DNA of 52,429 nucleotides. Source: a virus. Lineage: Duplodnaviria > Caudoviricetes. The notes under the pieces are model-generated. The model was given only the letters and a program-made list of their open reading frames with translations. It had not been told where the DNA came from and made no database searches. Location of the stretch: IMG/VR virus record IMGVR_UViG_3300032516_002092, positions 1 to 52,429 of that record, one strand, 5' to 3'. Within the stretch, counting starts at the first letter, position 1. Each line of letters opens with the position of its first letter. Shown in pieces: positions 8,958 to 18,327 of this stretch. Made by a program: the position numbers and the translations under genes.

Positions 8958-9959
8958 ATGCCAATCGACATCGCAGACCTGAAAAGCCGGGTGGACTTGC
9001 TGGCAGTAGTGGAGGCCGACTTGGGACCGGCACGGCGTCACAACGGACGCTGGCTGTCCTACGTCTGTCCCTTCCACAACGACGGCGACCACGATGGCGG
9101 CAGCCTCCGGGTGACACCTGACACCGGCACCTGGTTCTGTTTTGGCTGCCAACGATCGGGCGACGCCATAGCCTGGCTTCGCTTGCGCCAGGGCCTATCC
9201 TTCGTGGAGGCCTGCCAGCAGCTCGGGGCAGACTCCGGCGACGATCACACAACCGGCTTCCCGGCACGGACAGTGCCGGCAAAGCACTCGCAGCCGCTGC
9301 CAAGCTGGAGCCAGTGTGCCGAGGATGTCGTCAAGCGGGCACAGGACTACCTCTGGAGTGATGGTGGTGAACATGCCCGCGACTACCTGTTCCGCCGGGG
9401 CCTGCGAGGAGACACACTGCGGCGCTGGGAAGTCGGCTACAACCCGGGCCGGTACGCTGTGCTGGGAATCCTGACGGCAAAAGGTGAACACGCTACAGTC
9501 TTACGGGGTGTTACGCTACCGGCGAGAGTCGGCGGCCAGTTGTGGGGGGTGAAGATCCGCCAGCCGGAAGGCTGGGAGCCGAAGTATGTCGGCCTCGATG
9601 GTGGCAAGGTGGCGCTCTATGGCGTTGACACGCTGGACAAGCCGGTCACCCTGCTGGCCGAGGGCGAGTTTGACGCCATGCTGGCCTGGCAGGAAGCCGG
9701 TGATATCGTGGGGGCGGCCACCACTACCGGCGGCGCTCGGGTATGGCAGCGGGAGTGGGGCCTGCACTTATTGCGTTCTCGGGCGGTGCTGGTGGCATAC
9801 GATCTGGACAAGGCGGGAGAGGACGGCGCCGCTCAGGTGATGGCGTTGTCGGCCAGGATGCAGCGGGTTCGAGTGCCGAAGGGGAAGGACATCACCGCTT
9901 ACTGGCAGTCTAGCGGTGACGTTCGTGGCTGGATTCAGGGACTAGTCAAGGTGGGGTAG
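8958..9959 (+). CDS. dnaG: DNA primase (CHC2 zinc finger + TOPRIM)
   Basis: CPFH...WFCFGC..GDAI; YL..RGL; AEGEFDA; YDLDKAG; KDITAY. Confidence 0.9.
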   Translation: MPIDIADLKSRVDLLAVVEADLGPARRHNGRWLSYVCPFHNDGDHDGGSLRVTPDTGTWFCFGCQRSGDAIAWLRLRQGLSFVEACQQLGADSGDDHTTGFPARTVPAKHSQPLPSWSQCAEDVVKRAQDYLWSDGGEHARDYLFRRGLRGDTLRRWEVGYNPGRYAVLGILTAKGEHATVLRGVTLPARVGGQLWGVKIRQPEGWEPKYVGLDGGKVALYGVDTLDKPVTLLAEGEFDAMLAWQEAGDIVGAATTTGGARVWQREWGLHLLRSRAVLVAYDLDKAGEDGAAQVMALSARMQRVRVPKGKDITAYWQSSGDVRGWIQGLVKVG

Positions 9960-10010
9960 CAGTTCAACGCCCTGGGGAGGGCGAGAGAATAAACGGAGGA
10001 GAGAGACAAA

Positions 10011-10622
10011 GTGCCAACACGGAAAGCAGCGGCGGGACCAATCGCAATCAAGCCTTTGGACGTGCGGGTGACAGAGATCGAGGTCGTGGGGAAGTCAGAG
10101 CTTATCGTCCACCAGTGGAGTGAGAAGGCAAAGCGCCAGATGCTTGACAAGCAGATGGGCAAGGCGCAGCCCAAGAAGGAGAAGAAGGACCCGGAAGCCG
10201 ACTACGAGGCCAGCAAGTACAGGCTGCCGGATGGCGGTTGCGGGTTCCCGGCGTCGGGGTTCAAGGCGGCCATCGTGGGCGCCTGTCGGCTCTTCGACGG
10301 GCTCACCATGACGCAGGTGAAAGTTTGCGTTCGGGTGCTCGGTGAGGATGACGGCGAGCTGGTGCGTATCGTCGGAGAGCCTCGGATGCGTGAGGACATG
10401 GTGCGGCTGGAGTCGGGAGTGGCGGACATTCGGCACCGGGCCGGCTTCCCGGAGTGGCGGGCGAAGTTGCGGATTCGACACATCGCCAACGTGGTCACGG
10501 ACGAGATCCTGCTCAACCTGGTGAGTGCAGCAGGTGAGGGCGGTGTAGGCGAGTGGCGACCAAGTGCGCCCAACAGTGTGACTGGCTCGTTTGGGTGCTT
10601 CGAAGTGGCGACTGGCGACTAA
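10011..10622 (+). CDS. RAMP/Cas7-like protein directly preceding a GGY-NN array (Vipr-like candidate)
   Basis: N-terminal strand IEVVGKSELIVH, FPASGFKAAI (cf. RAMP IPGSSLKG), C-terminal glycine-rich loop GVGEWRP...GSFGCFEV; GGAGGA RBS; stop codon abuts the array. Confidence 0.7.
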   Translation: MPTRKAAAGPIAIKPLDVRVTEIEVVGKSELIVHQWSEKAKRQMLDKQMGKAQPKKEKKDPEADYEASKYRLPDGGCGFPASGFKAAIVGACRLFDGLTMTQVKVCVRVLGEDDGELVRIVGEPRMREDMVRLESGVADIRHRAGFPEWRAKLRIRHIANVVTDEILLNLVSAAGEGGVGEWRPSAPNSVTGSFGCFEVATGD

Positions 10623-11392
10623 GGCATAGCGGACGTGGTGCGGGGAGGTGTGGGTTGGTGGGGCAGACCACGGTGGTACAAGGCGGGGTGCGGCGTGGAT
10701 TGGCAGTCAAGGTGTGTCAGGAGGAGGCTAGGCATGTCCGGGTGCGGCCTGGTTCGGTGAGGCAGTCGAGGCGCGACATGGCCAGGCCCGGCCTGTCATG
10801 GTCTGGTAGGTTTTGCTCGGCTTGGGCTTGGCGAGGCAGTCAAGGTGTGGGCGTCAAGGTGGGCTACGGCGTATCGAGGGCTGGACGGGCACGGAGGGGC
10901 AAGGCAGTCGTGGTGAGGTTTGGGCTGGAGTGTACGGACGTGGTGAGGCAGACACGGGGAGGCGGTGCGGGCCAAGGCGCGGCGAGTCTGGGCTTGCTGC
11001 GGAGCGGCAAGGCAGTCAAGGTCAGGTCTGGCACGTCGGGGCCGGTCGAGTTACGGCATGGCCGGGCAGACATGGTCTGGTATGTCGAGTCAACGCATGG
11101 TATGGCGGTGTGCGGCAGTCGAGGCGTGGTTTGGACTGGTGAGGTGGTGCGGGGTGAGGCCCGGTGGGACTTGGCAGTCACGGTGAGGCGCGGCGATGTC
11201 CGGTCGGGCTAGTTCGGGTGTGCTGTGGCGCGGCAGTCGGGGTAAGGCGGGTCACGGCTCGGCGTGGCCAGGCCCGGTGGGTCAAGGCAGTCGAGGTTGG
11301 TTGTGTCGGTGCGCGGGTTGGCTTGACGTGGTGGGGCAGACTTGGTGTGGCGGGATGAGTCTTGGCGAGCAGAGACGAGGCCAGGCAGGCGC
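10623..11392 (+). repeat. Apparently non-coding array of GGY-NN pentamer blocks delimited by GGCAG(T/A)C; candidate guide-RNA array
   Basis: 13 exact GGCAGWC at 10662, 10702, 10761, 10835, 10903, 10947, 11011, 11065, 11114, 11173, 11232, 11286, 11335, plus degenerate copies at 10623, 10849, 11384; spacings are almost all 9+5n. Confidence 0.9.
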
Positions 11393-11418
11393 GGTAATCG
11401 GGTGAAAGGAGCGACAAC

Positions 11419-11643
11419 GTGGAGTGCAAGCTAGCGGGCAACCTGAAGAGCATCACCATCAAGCAGGGCAAGGCCGACGCCGAGACGGGCGGGCGGGATG
11501 CGCCGGTGGCAGTGGTGCAACTGGAGGTGGACGCGACCGACACGCTGGGGCGTTTGGCTCTGTTCGTGGGCCAGTCGGTGAGGGTGACGATCAAGTCCGA
11601 CCTACTGGCGTTCGAGGGCGCCGTGCGGGAGGTGACATCGTGA
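11419..11643 (+). CDS. Hypothetical protein
   Basis: AAAGGAG RBS, GTG start, overlaps next ORF. Confidence 0.6.
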   Translation: MECKLAGNLKSITIKQGKADAETGGRDAPVAVVQLEVDATDTLGRLALFVGQSVRVTIKSDLLAFEGAVREVTS

Positions 11644-11837
11644 CGTTCCTAGCGGGGCTACTGGTGGGTGGTGTAGTCGGCGCCTGCCTCGGCGTCCTGG
11701 TGGCGGCGCTCTGCGGCATCGGGCACCGGGCTGAGCTGGACCGGACGTACCGGGACGAACGCCGGGCGTCGTGGGACAGCGGGTACGGGGCGGGGTACAG
11801 TGATGGGACCAGAAAAGCGGTGAGGAGGGTGGGGTAA
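11640..11837 (+). CDS. Small membrane protein
   Basis: Hydrophobic FLAGLLVGGVVGACLGVLVAALC; GGAGGTG RBS; GTGA overlap. Confidence 0.55.
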   Translation: MTFLAGLLVGGVVGACLGVLVAALCGIGHRAELDRTYRDERRASWDSGYGAGYSDGTRKAVRRVG

Positions 11838-11876
11838 GCGAGCCTAGCGGGCGAGTAGTGGTGCTAACGTCAGCAC

Positions 11877-11906
11877 TTGACATCGAGTGAAGATGTGCGG
11901 TATAAT
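11877..11906 (+). promoter_or_regulatory. Sigma70-type promoter upstream of HTH-tnpB
   Basis: TTGACA (11877-11882), 18 bp spacer, TATAAT (11901-11906). Confidence 0.75.
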
Positions 11907-11941
11907 AGTGACTAGTAGAAGATACATAAGGGAGGGTGGGC

Positions 11942-12154
11942 ATGAACCCGATTGTGACTCTTCGGAAGAGTCTGGGGATGACGAGAGTGGAGGCCGCACA
12001 GAAGATGGGCGTCTCCTACCAGGACCTAACGCTTTTGGAGAACGGATACCCACTGTATCTGCCGGGCCGAGTCATGGACGCGTTACCGAAGCTGGGCGCC
12101 AACTCCGAGCTAATCGCGGCCGAGTACAAGGCGTGGCGAGAGGCGAGGGGGTAG
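11942..12154 (+). CDS. XRE-family HTH regulator
   Basis: LRKSLGMTRVEAAQKMGVSYQDLTLLENG; GGGAGG RBS. Confidence 0.8.
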   Translation: MNPIVTLRKSLGMTRVEAAQKMGVSYQDLTLLENGYPLYLPGRVMDALPKLGANSELIAAEYKAWREARG

Positions 12155-12159
12155 AGGCC

Positions 12160-13377
12160 GTGCTCAGGGCGTATCGCACGGAACTGGATCCCAACAATGC
12201 GCAGCAGACAGTGTTCGTTCGCCATGCTGGGGCCGCGAGATTCTGTTTCAACTGGGCACTGGCCGACAGGATCGAGCGGTTCAAGGCGGGCCAACCGACC
12301 AACCACTACGAACAGAAGAAGCGGTTCAACGCCCTGAAGAAGGAGCAATTCCCCTGGCTCTCCGAGGTGGCGTACAAGGTCCAGGAGCAAGGCCTCGCCA
12401 ATCTGGACATAGCCTACAAGAACTTCTTCCGCCGGGTCAAGAGGGGCGAGGTCAAGAAGGGGTTCCCCCGATTCAAGTCGCGCAAACGAGGGCTAGGCGG
12501 GTTCACTCTACGGGGCAACCTCACCGTCGAGCGGCAGCGTATCAATCTGCCGGTAATCGGTTGGGTGAAGATCAAGGAGGCAGGCTACCTTCCGCAGGCA
12601 GACGTGAGGGTTCTATCAGCCAATGTCTCTGAGCGGGTGGGGCGTTGGTTTATCAGCCTCCAGGTAGAGCAGGAGACCGCACAGCCAAAGCCCGCCACCG
12701 GTCCATCCATCGGCGTGGATGTGGGGCTGAAAGTGCTGGCGGTGTGTTCGGATGGGACCGTGTTCGAGAATCCGAAGACGCTGAAGCGCAATGAGGCCCG
12801 GCTAGCGCAACTTCAGCGGGAGATGTGCCGACGCCAGAAGGGAAGTAAGAACCGAGCCAAGACGCGACGCAAGGTGGCCAAGCTGCACTTCAAGGTCGCC
12901 AACATTCGCAAGCATACCATCCACCAAGTAAGCCACTACCTGACGGCGAAAGCCAAGCCGCAGACGGTGGTAATCGAGGATCTGAACGTCAAGGGCATGA
13001 TGCAGAATCGGAAACTGAGCAAGGCGATTGCGGACGCCTCCTGGGGCGAGCTTCGGCGGCAGTTGGAGTACAAGGCGGCCTGGTATGGCGTGGATCTGGT
13101 GGTGGCTGGACGATTCTACCCGAGCAGCAAGACGTGCTCGGCCTGTGGGAACGTCAAGCCTTTACTGCGACTCTCTGAGCGAACCTTTGTCTGCGAGGCG
13201 TGCGGGATGGTTCTGGACCGCGACGCTAACGCATCGATCAACCTCCAGAACCTCGCCGCTAAACGGGCGGTGGCTGCCTGTGGAGGGAGTATAGGTCCAG
13301 GTGCAAGCCTGGCGGTTCCCGGTGAATCAGGAACTCGGCAGGCACTCGGTCACAAGTCCGAGAAGTTGGGAGGGTAG
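12160..13377 (+). mobile_element. tnpB: TnpB RNA-guided endonuclease (IS200/IS605/IS607 family), no TnpA nearby
   Basis: LRAYRTELDP..., GAARFCFNWAL, GFPRFKS, RuvC GVDVG / IEDLNV / DRDANAS, zinc ribbon PSSKTCSACG..CEACG. Confidence 0.92.
13200..13355 (+). ncRNA. Probable omegaRNA/reRNA overlapping tnpB 3' end
   Basis: GCCTGTGGAG...GTGAATCAGGAA resembles the usual tnpB right-end scaffold; boundaries are inferred. Confidence 0.45.
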
Positions 13378-13381
13378 GGTA

Positions 13382-15901
13382 ATGGACTGGCCAGTAGTAT
13401 TGGCGTTCGTGGCAGGCGTCGTGTGTGGCGTGGTTGGCGTCTTCGTCGCCGCCATGTGGGTGGCGGCCGATGCGGGGTACGCCGCTTCGCCGGAGGGGCT
13501 GGCGGAGTGCGTGAAGGGGAAGGAGTGATGGCACGGAGACCAGACTTGGCGGACTGGCTGATGGTGGTGCTACTGGCCATAGGCTGCGTCGTGCTGATAT
13601 GGGACGTGTGGCTGGCGGGCGAGTGGCTGCTGCGGGGGATGGGGAGGTGACCGTGGAGACAGCGAGGGATAAGGCCATTGAGGAGATCGGCCTGGTGGCA
13701 GTGGAGAGGCTGGAGAAGGCCGGGCTCAAGGTCGAGCGCTACGCCACCCAGTGCGCGGGGTGTGCTTGGCGCCGCACTTGCCAGTCTCTGGGGCTGCCGG
13801 TATGGGCATGCGAACAGTACCGGCCAGAGAGGGAGGGGGCATGACAGAGCAACCGGTTCTGGACGTGCGAACGCTGACGATTCTGCTGGCGACCGAGGCC
13901 TACAGGATGAGCGAGTATTGGGCGTGCAGGCTGCTGCACTGCACGCCAGCGCAGTACCGGCGGATGCGGTCAGAGGCGGTCGCGATGGGGATGGCGGAGG
14001 TGAAGAAGGAGGATGAGTAAGCCGATAACTGACGAAGCACTAAAAGCGGCGCTGCGGTGGGCGTCGGGCCACGGGGCCGAAAACGGTGGATGGCATGTGG
14101 AGGCGCTGCTGCGAGAAGTAGGGCGGCTGCGTCTGGAGAATGAGCGACTACAGAAGGAGTTGGCGCTGCACCAAGGCGATGCAAGGGACGACGCTCTCTG
14201 GCAGGACGAGGGGGGCTGGAAGTAGCCATGAGCGAGCAACTGACGGATGCGGAACTGGAGCAAGCACTAGCGGACGCGTGCACATGCAATGCGACTGCTA
14301 CCGAGCGGCGGCTGGCGAGCTTTGCTTGGCGAGTGGTGCCGGAGGTGCGGCGGCTGCGGCTGCTGGAGCGGGAAGTCTGGATAGTCCAGCAAGCCGATCT
14401 GCTCTGGCAGGAGGCGATCGAGGATTACGAACCAGCCAGTTGGGCGGTGATGCCAATCTGGTGGAGGGACCTGGTATACAGGCTACTGGCCTTTGTGGAG
14501 GGGAAGCATGAGTGAGCAGCCAACAGTAACTACGTGCCCAACCTGCGGCAACCCGGGAGACACTGGCAGCGGGTGGGGAAACCCGCTCTGCGAATTCTGC
14601 CCGGATAGGATAGAGGCCAGGCAGAGAGAACAGGACGATGAGCCTGGGGACCTGCCGCTGCCCCAAACGGAGCGCAAACTCATCCGGGCTCGTATCGTTG
14701 GGCGGCGCAAGCGCCCGGACCTGGTGCTGAAGGAAAGCACGGAAGGTGCCGACGTTGACGCTATTGCCCACATTTGGGATGGTTTGGCTGATCCTGAGTT
14801 CCGAGCACTACTCGCAACGCAGTTGGCGCGGACAGAGGCTCGGTTCCGGGCGGAGAAGCTGCGGCAGGAGAATAAGCGGCTGCTGCAGCAGAGCAAGGCG
14901 CTCTTTACGGAGTTGAAGCGGGCGTATGACTTGGTAGCCATTGAACGGGCCAGGGGTTGTCTCTCTGACACCGATGAGCAGGCCGCCGTTGAGGAACTGC
15001 GGCTGCTGCGGGAAGTGGCAGATGCAGACTGGGAAGAGCAAAGACTGCGGGCGCTGACAGCCCAGGGCCAGCGGTTTGACGAGGAGTTCAGCACTACGTG
15101 GGCGACAGCAGTGAACCGGCACGATGCCGCTCTCGCTGCCTGGCGCACAGGGAGGGAGGGACAGCCGTGACTGAGCAGGATTGGCGCCCAGGCTGGGCAG
15201 ACGAGTGTGATGACTGCTCGTGCCGAGTGGTTACCCTGTCTGATTTACCTGGATGCACGTGGGATGGCGCCATAGAGGACTGGCGCCCGCCGTGGTGCCC
15301 CTGGTGCAAGGGACAGGAGGGGAAGCATGAGTGAGGCGCCGGTCTGGCCGGAGCCAGGCGATATGGGCAAGTGTTTCGGCTGCGAGTACCAGGAACGTCA
15401 GTTTGGCCGGGACCATTATACCTGCATCGCCTTGGTGGAGCAGATACCGGAGTGGTGCCCGCTGCCCGATGCACCGGAAGAGGGGAAGCCGTGAGTGAGC
15501 ACGTGTCAGTCGAGTTGGGGAAGCGACTGGCGGAAGCGGGCCTGATGCATACTGAGTGGCGGACAGGAGACTGGGCTGTTCATCCAGAAAAGCCTGACTG
15601 GCTCATGCTGATACAAACAACCAAGGGAGGTATACTCTACTGGTATGATGCTCAACATACAGCCTCGTGGTGGACTCAAGGGCGACATATAGGAGTGGGT
15701 GCGGAGTTGGTCTGGCTGCCCACGGCGGGCCAGTGCCTGGAGGCGCTGCACCAGTTGGGGGGCATAGATGCCGGAGCCTTGGCTAACTATTGCCAGTGGG
15801 TGGTTGTACCTGAGCGGATGGCGAGCAGGGAATACTTGAATGGCTCCCTCGCCGAAGCCGCCGGTCTCGCCCTGGCGGCGGTACTGGAGGAGAGGCCATG
15901 A
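13382..15901 (+). other. Chain of about 10 small translationally coupled hypothetical ORFs
   Basis: For example 13382-13528, 13528-13650, 13647-13844, 13841-14020, 14013-14225, 14228-14515, 14508-15170, 15167-15334, 15491-15901; strong RBSs and overlapping start/stop codons. Confidence 0.65.
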
Positions 15902-16269
15902 CGGTGCGAATCTGGACCGCACAGCTCGGCAAGCTGACCAAGGCGCTGCCTAAAGCGGTAGTGCTGGACGTGACGGTCAAGTCAGGCGACAAGGCGTTTG
16001 CGCCGACCTGGGCAAGGGTCCGAGGCTACAAGTCCGGCTTGATCAACGAAGGCATATACTCGTTCTTCTATCTCGAACGCATGGCTGAGAGCCGGACGCG
16101 GCGCCCTGAACGTTGGGCCGAAGTGCTGGCCATGCCCGAGGTGGTCTTGTGCTGCTACTGCAAGCCGGGCGCCTTCTGTCACCGGCTGCTGCTGGCTAAC
16201 ATCTTGGACGAGATGGGCGGCACTTACATGGGCGAGGTAGAGTCGCTGGCAGAAGGAGGCGCAACGTGA
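15898..16269 (+). CDS. DUF488-like protein
   Basis: FAPTW, Y..FY.ERM, VVLCCYC....FCHRLLLA. Confidence 0.65.
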   Translation: MTVRIWTAQLGKLTKALPKAVVLDVTVKSGDKAFAPTWARVRGYKSGLINEGIYSFFYLERMAESRTRRPERWAEVLAMPEVVLCCYCKPGAFCHRLLLANILDEMGGTYMGEVESLAEGGAT

Positions 16270-16541
16270 CCGTACGCCGGATTGATCGCATCCAGGTTGA
16301 CGTTGTTACCGGACTCCGGAGAGCAGGGGCAGACATCCAGCATTTGCATATGGTCGGGCATGGGTGCCCGGACTTGTTGGTGATCTTTCGGGGCAGTCTG
16401 TTTTTGCTTGAGCTCAAGTCGCCCGGCGGGCGCCTCACGCCGCTTGAACGCTGCTGGCATGACAGGTGGCCGGGACCGGTGCATATCGTCCACTCGCTCG
16501 ATGAGGCGCTGGTGGCCATCGGTGCCGAGGTGGTGCGGTGA
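16266..16541 (+). CDS. VRR-NUC-like nuclease
   Basis: GCPDLLV..RG..FLLELKSPGGRLTP. Confidence 0.75.
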   Translation: MTVRRIDRIQVDVVTGLRRAGADIQHLHMVGHGCPDLLVIFRGSLFLLELKSPGGRLTPLERCWHDRWPGPVHIVHSLDEALVAIGAEVVR

Positions 16542-17272
16542 TCGAGATGCTGTCCTACGGTGCCGGTGTCAACTCGACCGCGCTAGCTATCCTGATGGTC
16601 AACCGAGGATGGCGGGGCGAGATCGTCTTCTCGGACACCGGCGCCGAATGGCCTGAGACCTACTGCCATCTCGACTACTTCGAGCAGCAGTGGCTCAAGC
16701 CTCGCGGCCTATCGGTGACGGTGTTGCGGGGCTTGCCTTGGCAACGCAAAGGCCAGGGGTGGTCGCTCATTGACTACTGTGAAGCCAGGAGCATGATACC
16801 GCTGGCGGCTATGCGGTGGTGTACGGTGGGGTGGAAGTCGGAGCCGCTGGAGCGCTACCGCCTGCACATCGGCGCTGACCGGGTAGCCATCGGGATTGCT
16901 GCCGACGAGGGCCATCGTCAGAAGGGCCATTGGTGCCCGCTGGTAGACGAGGGCATTGACCGCAAGGGCTGCATCCGCATCATCCAGGCCGAGGGGCTGG
17001 ACGTGCCGAGAAAGTCAGGATGCTGGCTATGTCCGTTCCAGCGGCGGTCACAGTGGCGGGAGTTGTGGCAGCAGCACCCGGACCTGTTCGAACGGGCGGC
17101 AAGGCTGGAGGAAGCGGTCGCAGAGAAGCGGGACAAGAACTGCACCTTCGACCCCGATGGCAAGCGAACCCTGCGCGACCTGGAGCGGGGCTTTCGGGCG
17201 CAACTGCCGATGCTGGACGATGAGGTGATGGCTGATTTGGTCGAGTACAAACCGTGTGTGTGTGGGCTGTAG
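16538..17272 (+). CDS. PAPS-reductase-like (PP-loop) protein
   Basis: SYGAGVNST, FSDTGAEWPETY, RWCT..WK, GIAADE, KSGCWLCPF. Confidence 0.8.
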   Translation: MIEMLSYGAGVNSTALAILMVNRGWRGEIVFSDTGAEWPETYCHLDYFEQQWLKPRGLSVTVLRGLPWQRKGQGWSLIDYCEARSMIPLAAMRWCTVGWKSEPLERYRLHIGADRVAIGIAADEGHRQKGHWCPLVDEGIDRKGCIRIIQAEGLDVPRKSGCWLCPFQRRSQWRELWQQHPDLFERAARLEEAVAEKRDKNCTFDPDGKRTLRDLERGFRAQLPMLDDEVMADLVEYKPCVCGL

Positions 17273-17273
17273 G

Positions 17274-17696
17274 ATGCCGATGCCTAAAGGCGGGACGCAA
17301 ACACCCGAAGCCCGGGCCCGCATCAGCGCTGGCCTCAAGGGCAAGCGTCTATCCGAGGAGACCAAGGCGAAGATTCGGGCGTCGCTGCTAGGCCGCCAGT
17401 GCCGTTGGTCGGCCAGCACGCCACCGCCGCTGCCTCCGGTCAACGCCGAGGCTATCCAGCAGCAGCGGCGTGACCGGGAGCGCCGAGTGAGGGACATCTA
17501 CCACGAGTCGGGTGTGCGCTGTTGCACCTTGGCGGAGTGGGTCGAGTGGGGGTGCGGCCAGCACCTCTACGCCGATCGCGATATGGGAGTCGGCTTGAAG
17601 TGGTTCTGTGGCGAGGCGCTGCCGGGGTGGTGTGAGGGTCATAGGCAGGAGGGGCGTTGTGTGAAGTCTGACGCGAGACGGGAGGATGGGACATGA
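17274..17696 (+). CDS. NUMOD3-motif DNA-binding protein
   Basis: TPEARARISAGLKGKRLSEETKAKIRASLLG. Confidence 0.6.
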   Translation: MPMPKGGTQTPEARARISAGLKGKRLSEETKAKIRASLLGRQCRWSASTPPPLPPVNAEAIQQQRRDRERRVRDIYHESGVRCCTLAEWVEWGCGQHLYADRDMGVGLKWFCGEALPGWCEGHRQEGRCVKSDARREDGT

Positions 17697-17887
17697 CAAC
17701 TTGTTGGCTGCTCTGGGAATGCTTGACCGCCGACGAACAGCGGGCCATCGAGGCGGCGTACCATCTGGCGCCAATCCGGAGGCTTGACTGGGAAGGCTTC
17801 TCTGAGATTGACAAGATCATGCGCCAGACACCGCGGGGCGAGCTGGGCCGGGTGCTGGCGGGGAAGGAGATTGTGAATGCCCGATGA
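17693..17887 (+). CDS. Hypothetical protein
   Basis: Coupled ORF with ATGA overlap. Confidence 0.5.
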   Translation: MTTCWLLWECLTADEQRAIEAAYHLAPIRRLDWEGFSEIDKIMRQTPRGELGRVLAGKEIVNAR

Positions 17888-18278
17888 GATCTGGCGGGAT
17901 CGGCCCGGCCCCATCGGCGGCCTCCCCGAACAGGAATGGCACGAACAGCATGGCCTGCCCCCGACCGATCCGGTCGCAGCCATCAAGGCCGTCTTGGCTG
18001 CCGTCGCCAGCAACGACCCCGTTCGCATCTGCACCGACGAACATGACGCCGCGGGCGGGTTTGTACTGACGGATCAGTTGGTGAGCCGCCTGGAGGTGGT
18101 GAACGCCGTGAGCAGACTCCCGTCGCCGCTCCGGGAGGCCGTCGAGTGCACCTACCTGTGCGGCCTGGACCGGGGCCAGACGGCGTGGCGGTTGAGGGTG
18201 CCGAGGGCGCTGGTGGACAGGTACCTCGACCAGGCGTTTGTGCTCCTGGTGGCGTTCGTGTTCGACTACCAGCCTTGA
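17877..18278 (+). CDS. Sigma70 region-4-like HTH protein, probable late regulator
   Basis: AVSRLPSPLREAVECTYLCGL....TAWRLRVP..LV; last gene before the late promoter. Confidence 0.6.
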   Translation: MPDEIWRDRPGPIGGLPEQEWHEQHGLPPTDPVAAIKAVLAAVASNDPVRICTDEHDAAGGFVLTDQLVSRLEVVNAVSRLPSPLREAVECTYLCGLDRGQTAWRLRVPRALVDRYLDQAFVLLVAFVFDYQP

Positions 18279-18303
18279 CAGGCCAGCCTAGCTGTGGTAT
18301 GCT
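18275..18303 (+). promoter_or_regulatory. Candidate late promoter
   Basis: TTGACA (18275-18280), 17 bp spacer, TATGCT (18298-18303) with extended TG. Confidence 0.7.
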
Positions 18304-18327
18304 AGGGGCAATCCACTGGTGTGCCCG

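Noticed and set aside
10623-11392. Canonical CRISPR array
   Set aside because: The constant part is only 7 nt, there are no 23-47-nt palindromic repeats, the 'spacers' are themselves patterned, and no cas1/cas2 is present
10553-11405. ORFs across the G-rich array (10553-11212, 10813-11142, 10864-11181, 11196-11405)
   Set aside because: Low-complexity R/G/V translations without an obvious RBS; the DNA has 5-nt periodicity with 9-nt phase resets, which does not fit codon structure
11887-12159. N-terminal extension of TnpB in the ORF track
   Set aside because: It overlaps the promoter and XRE gene; the TnpB-like sequence starts at GTG 12160
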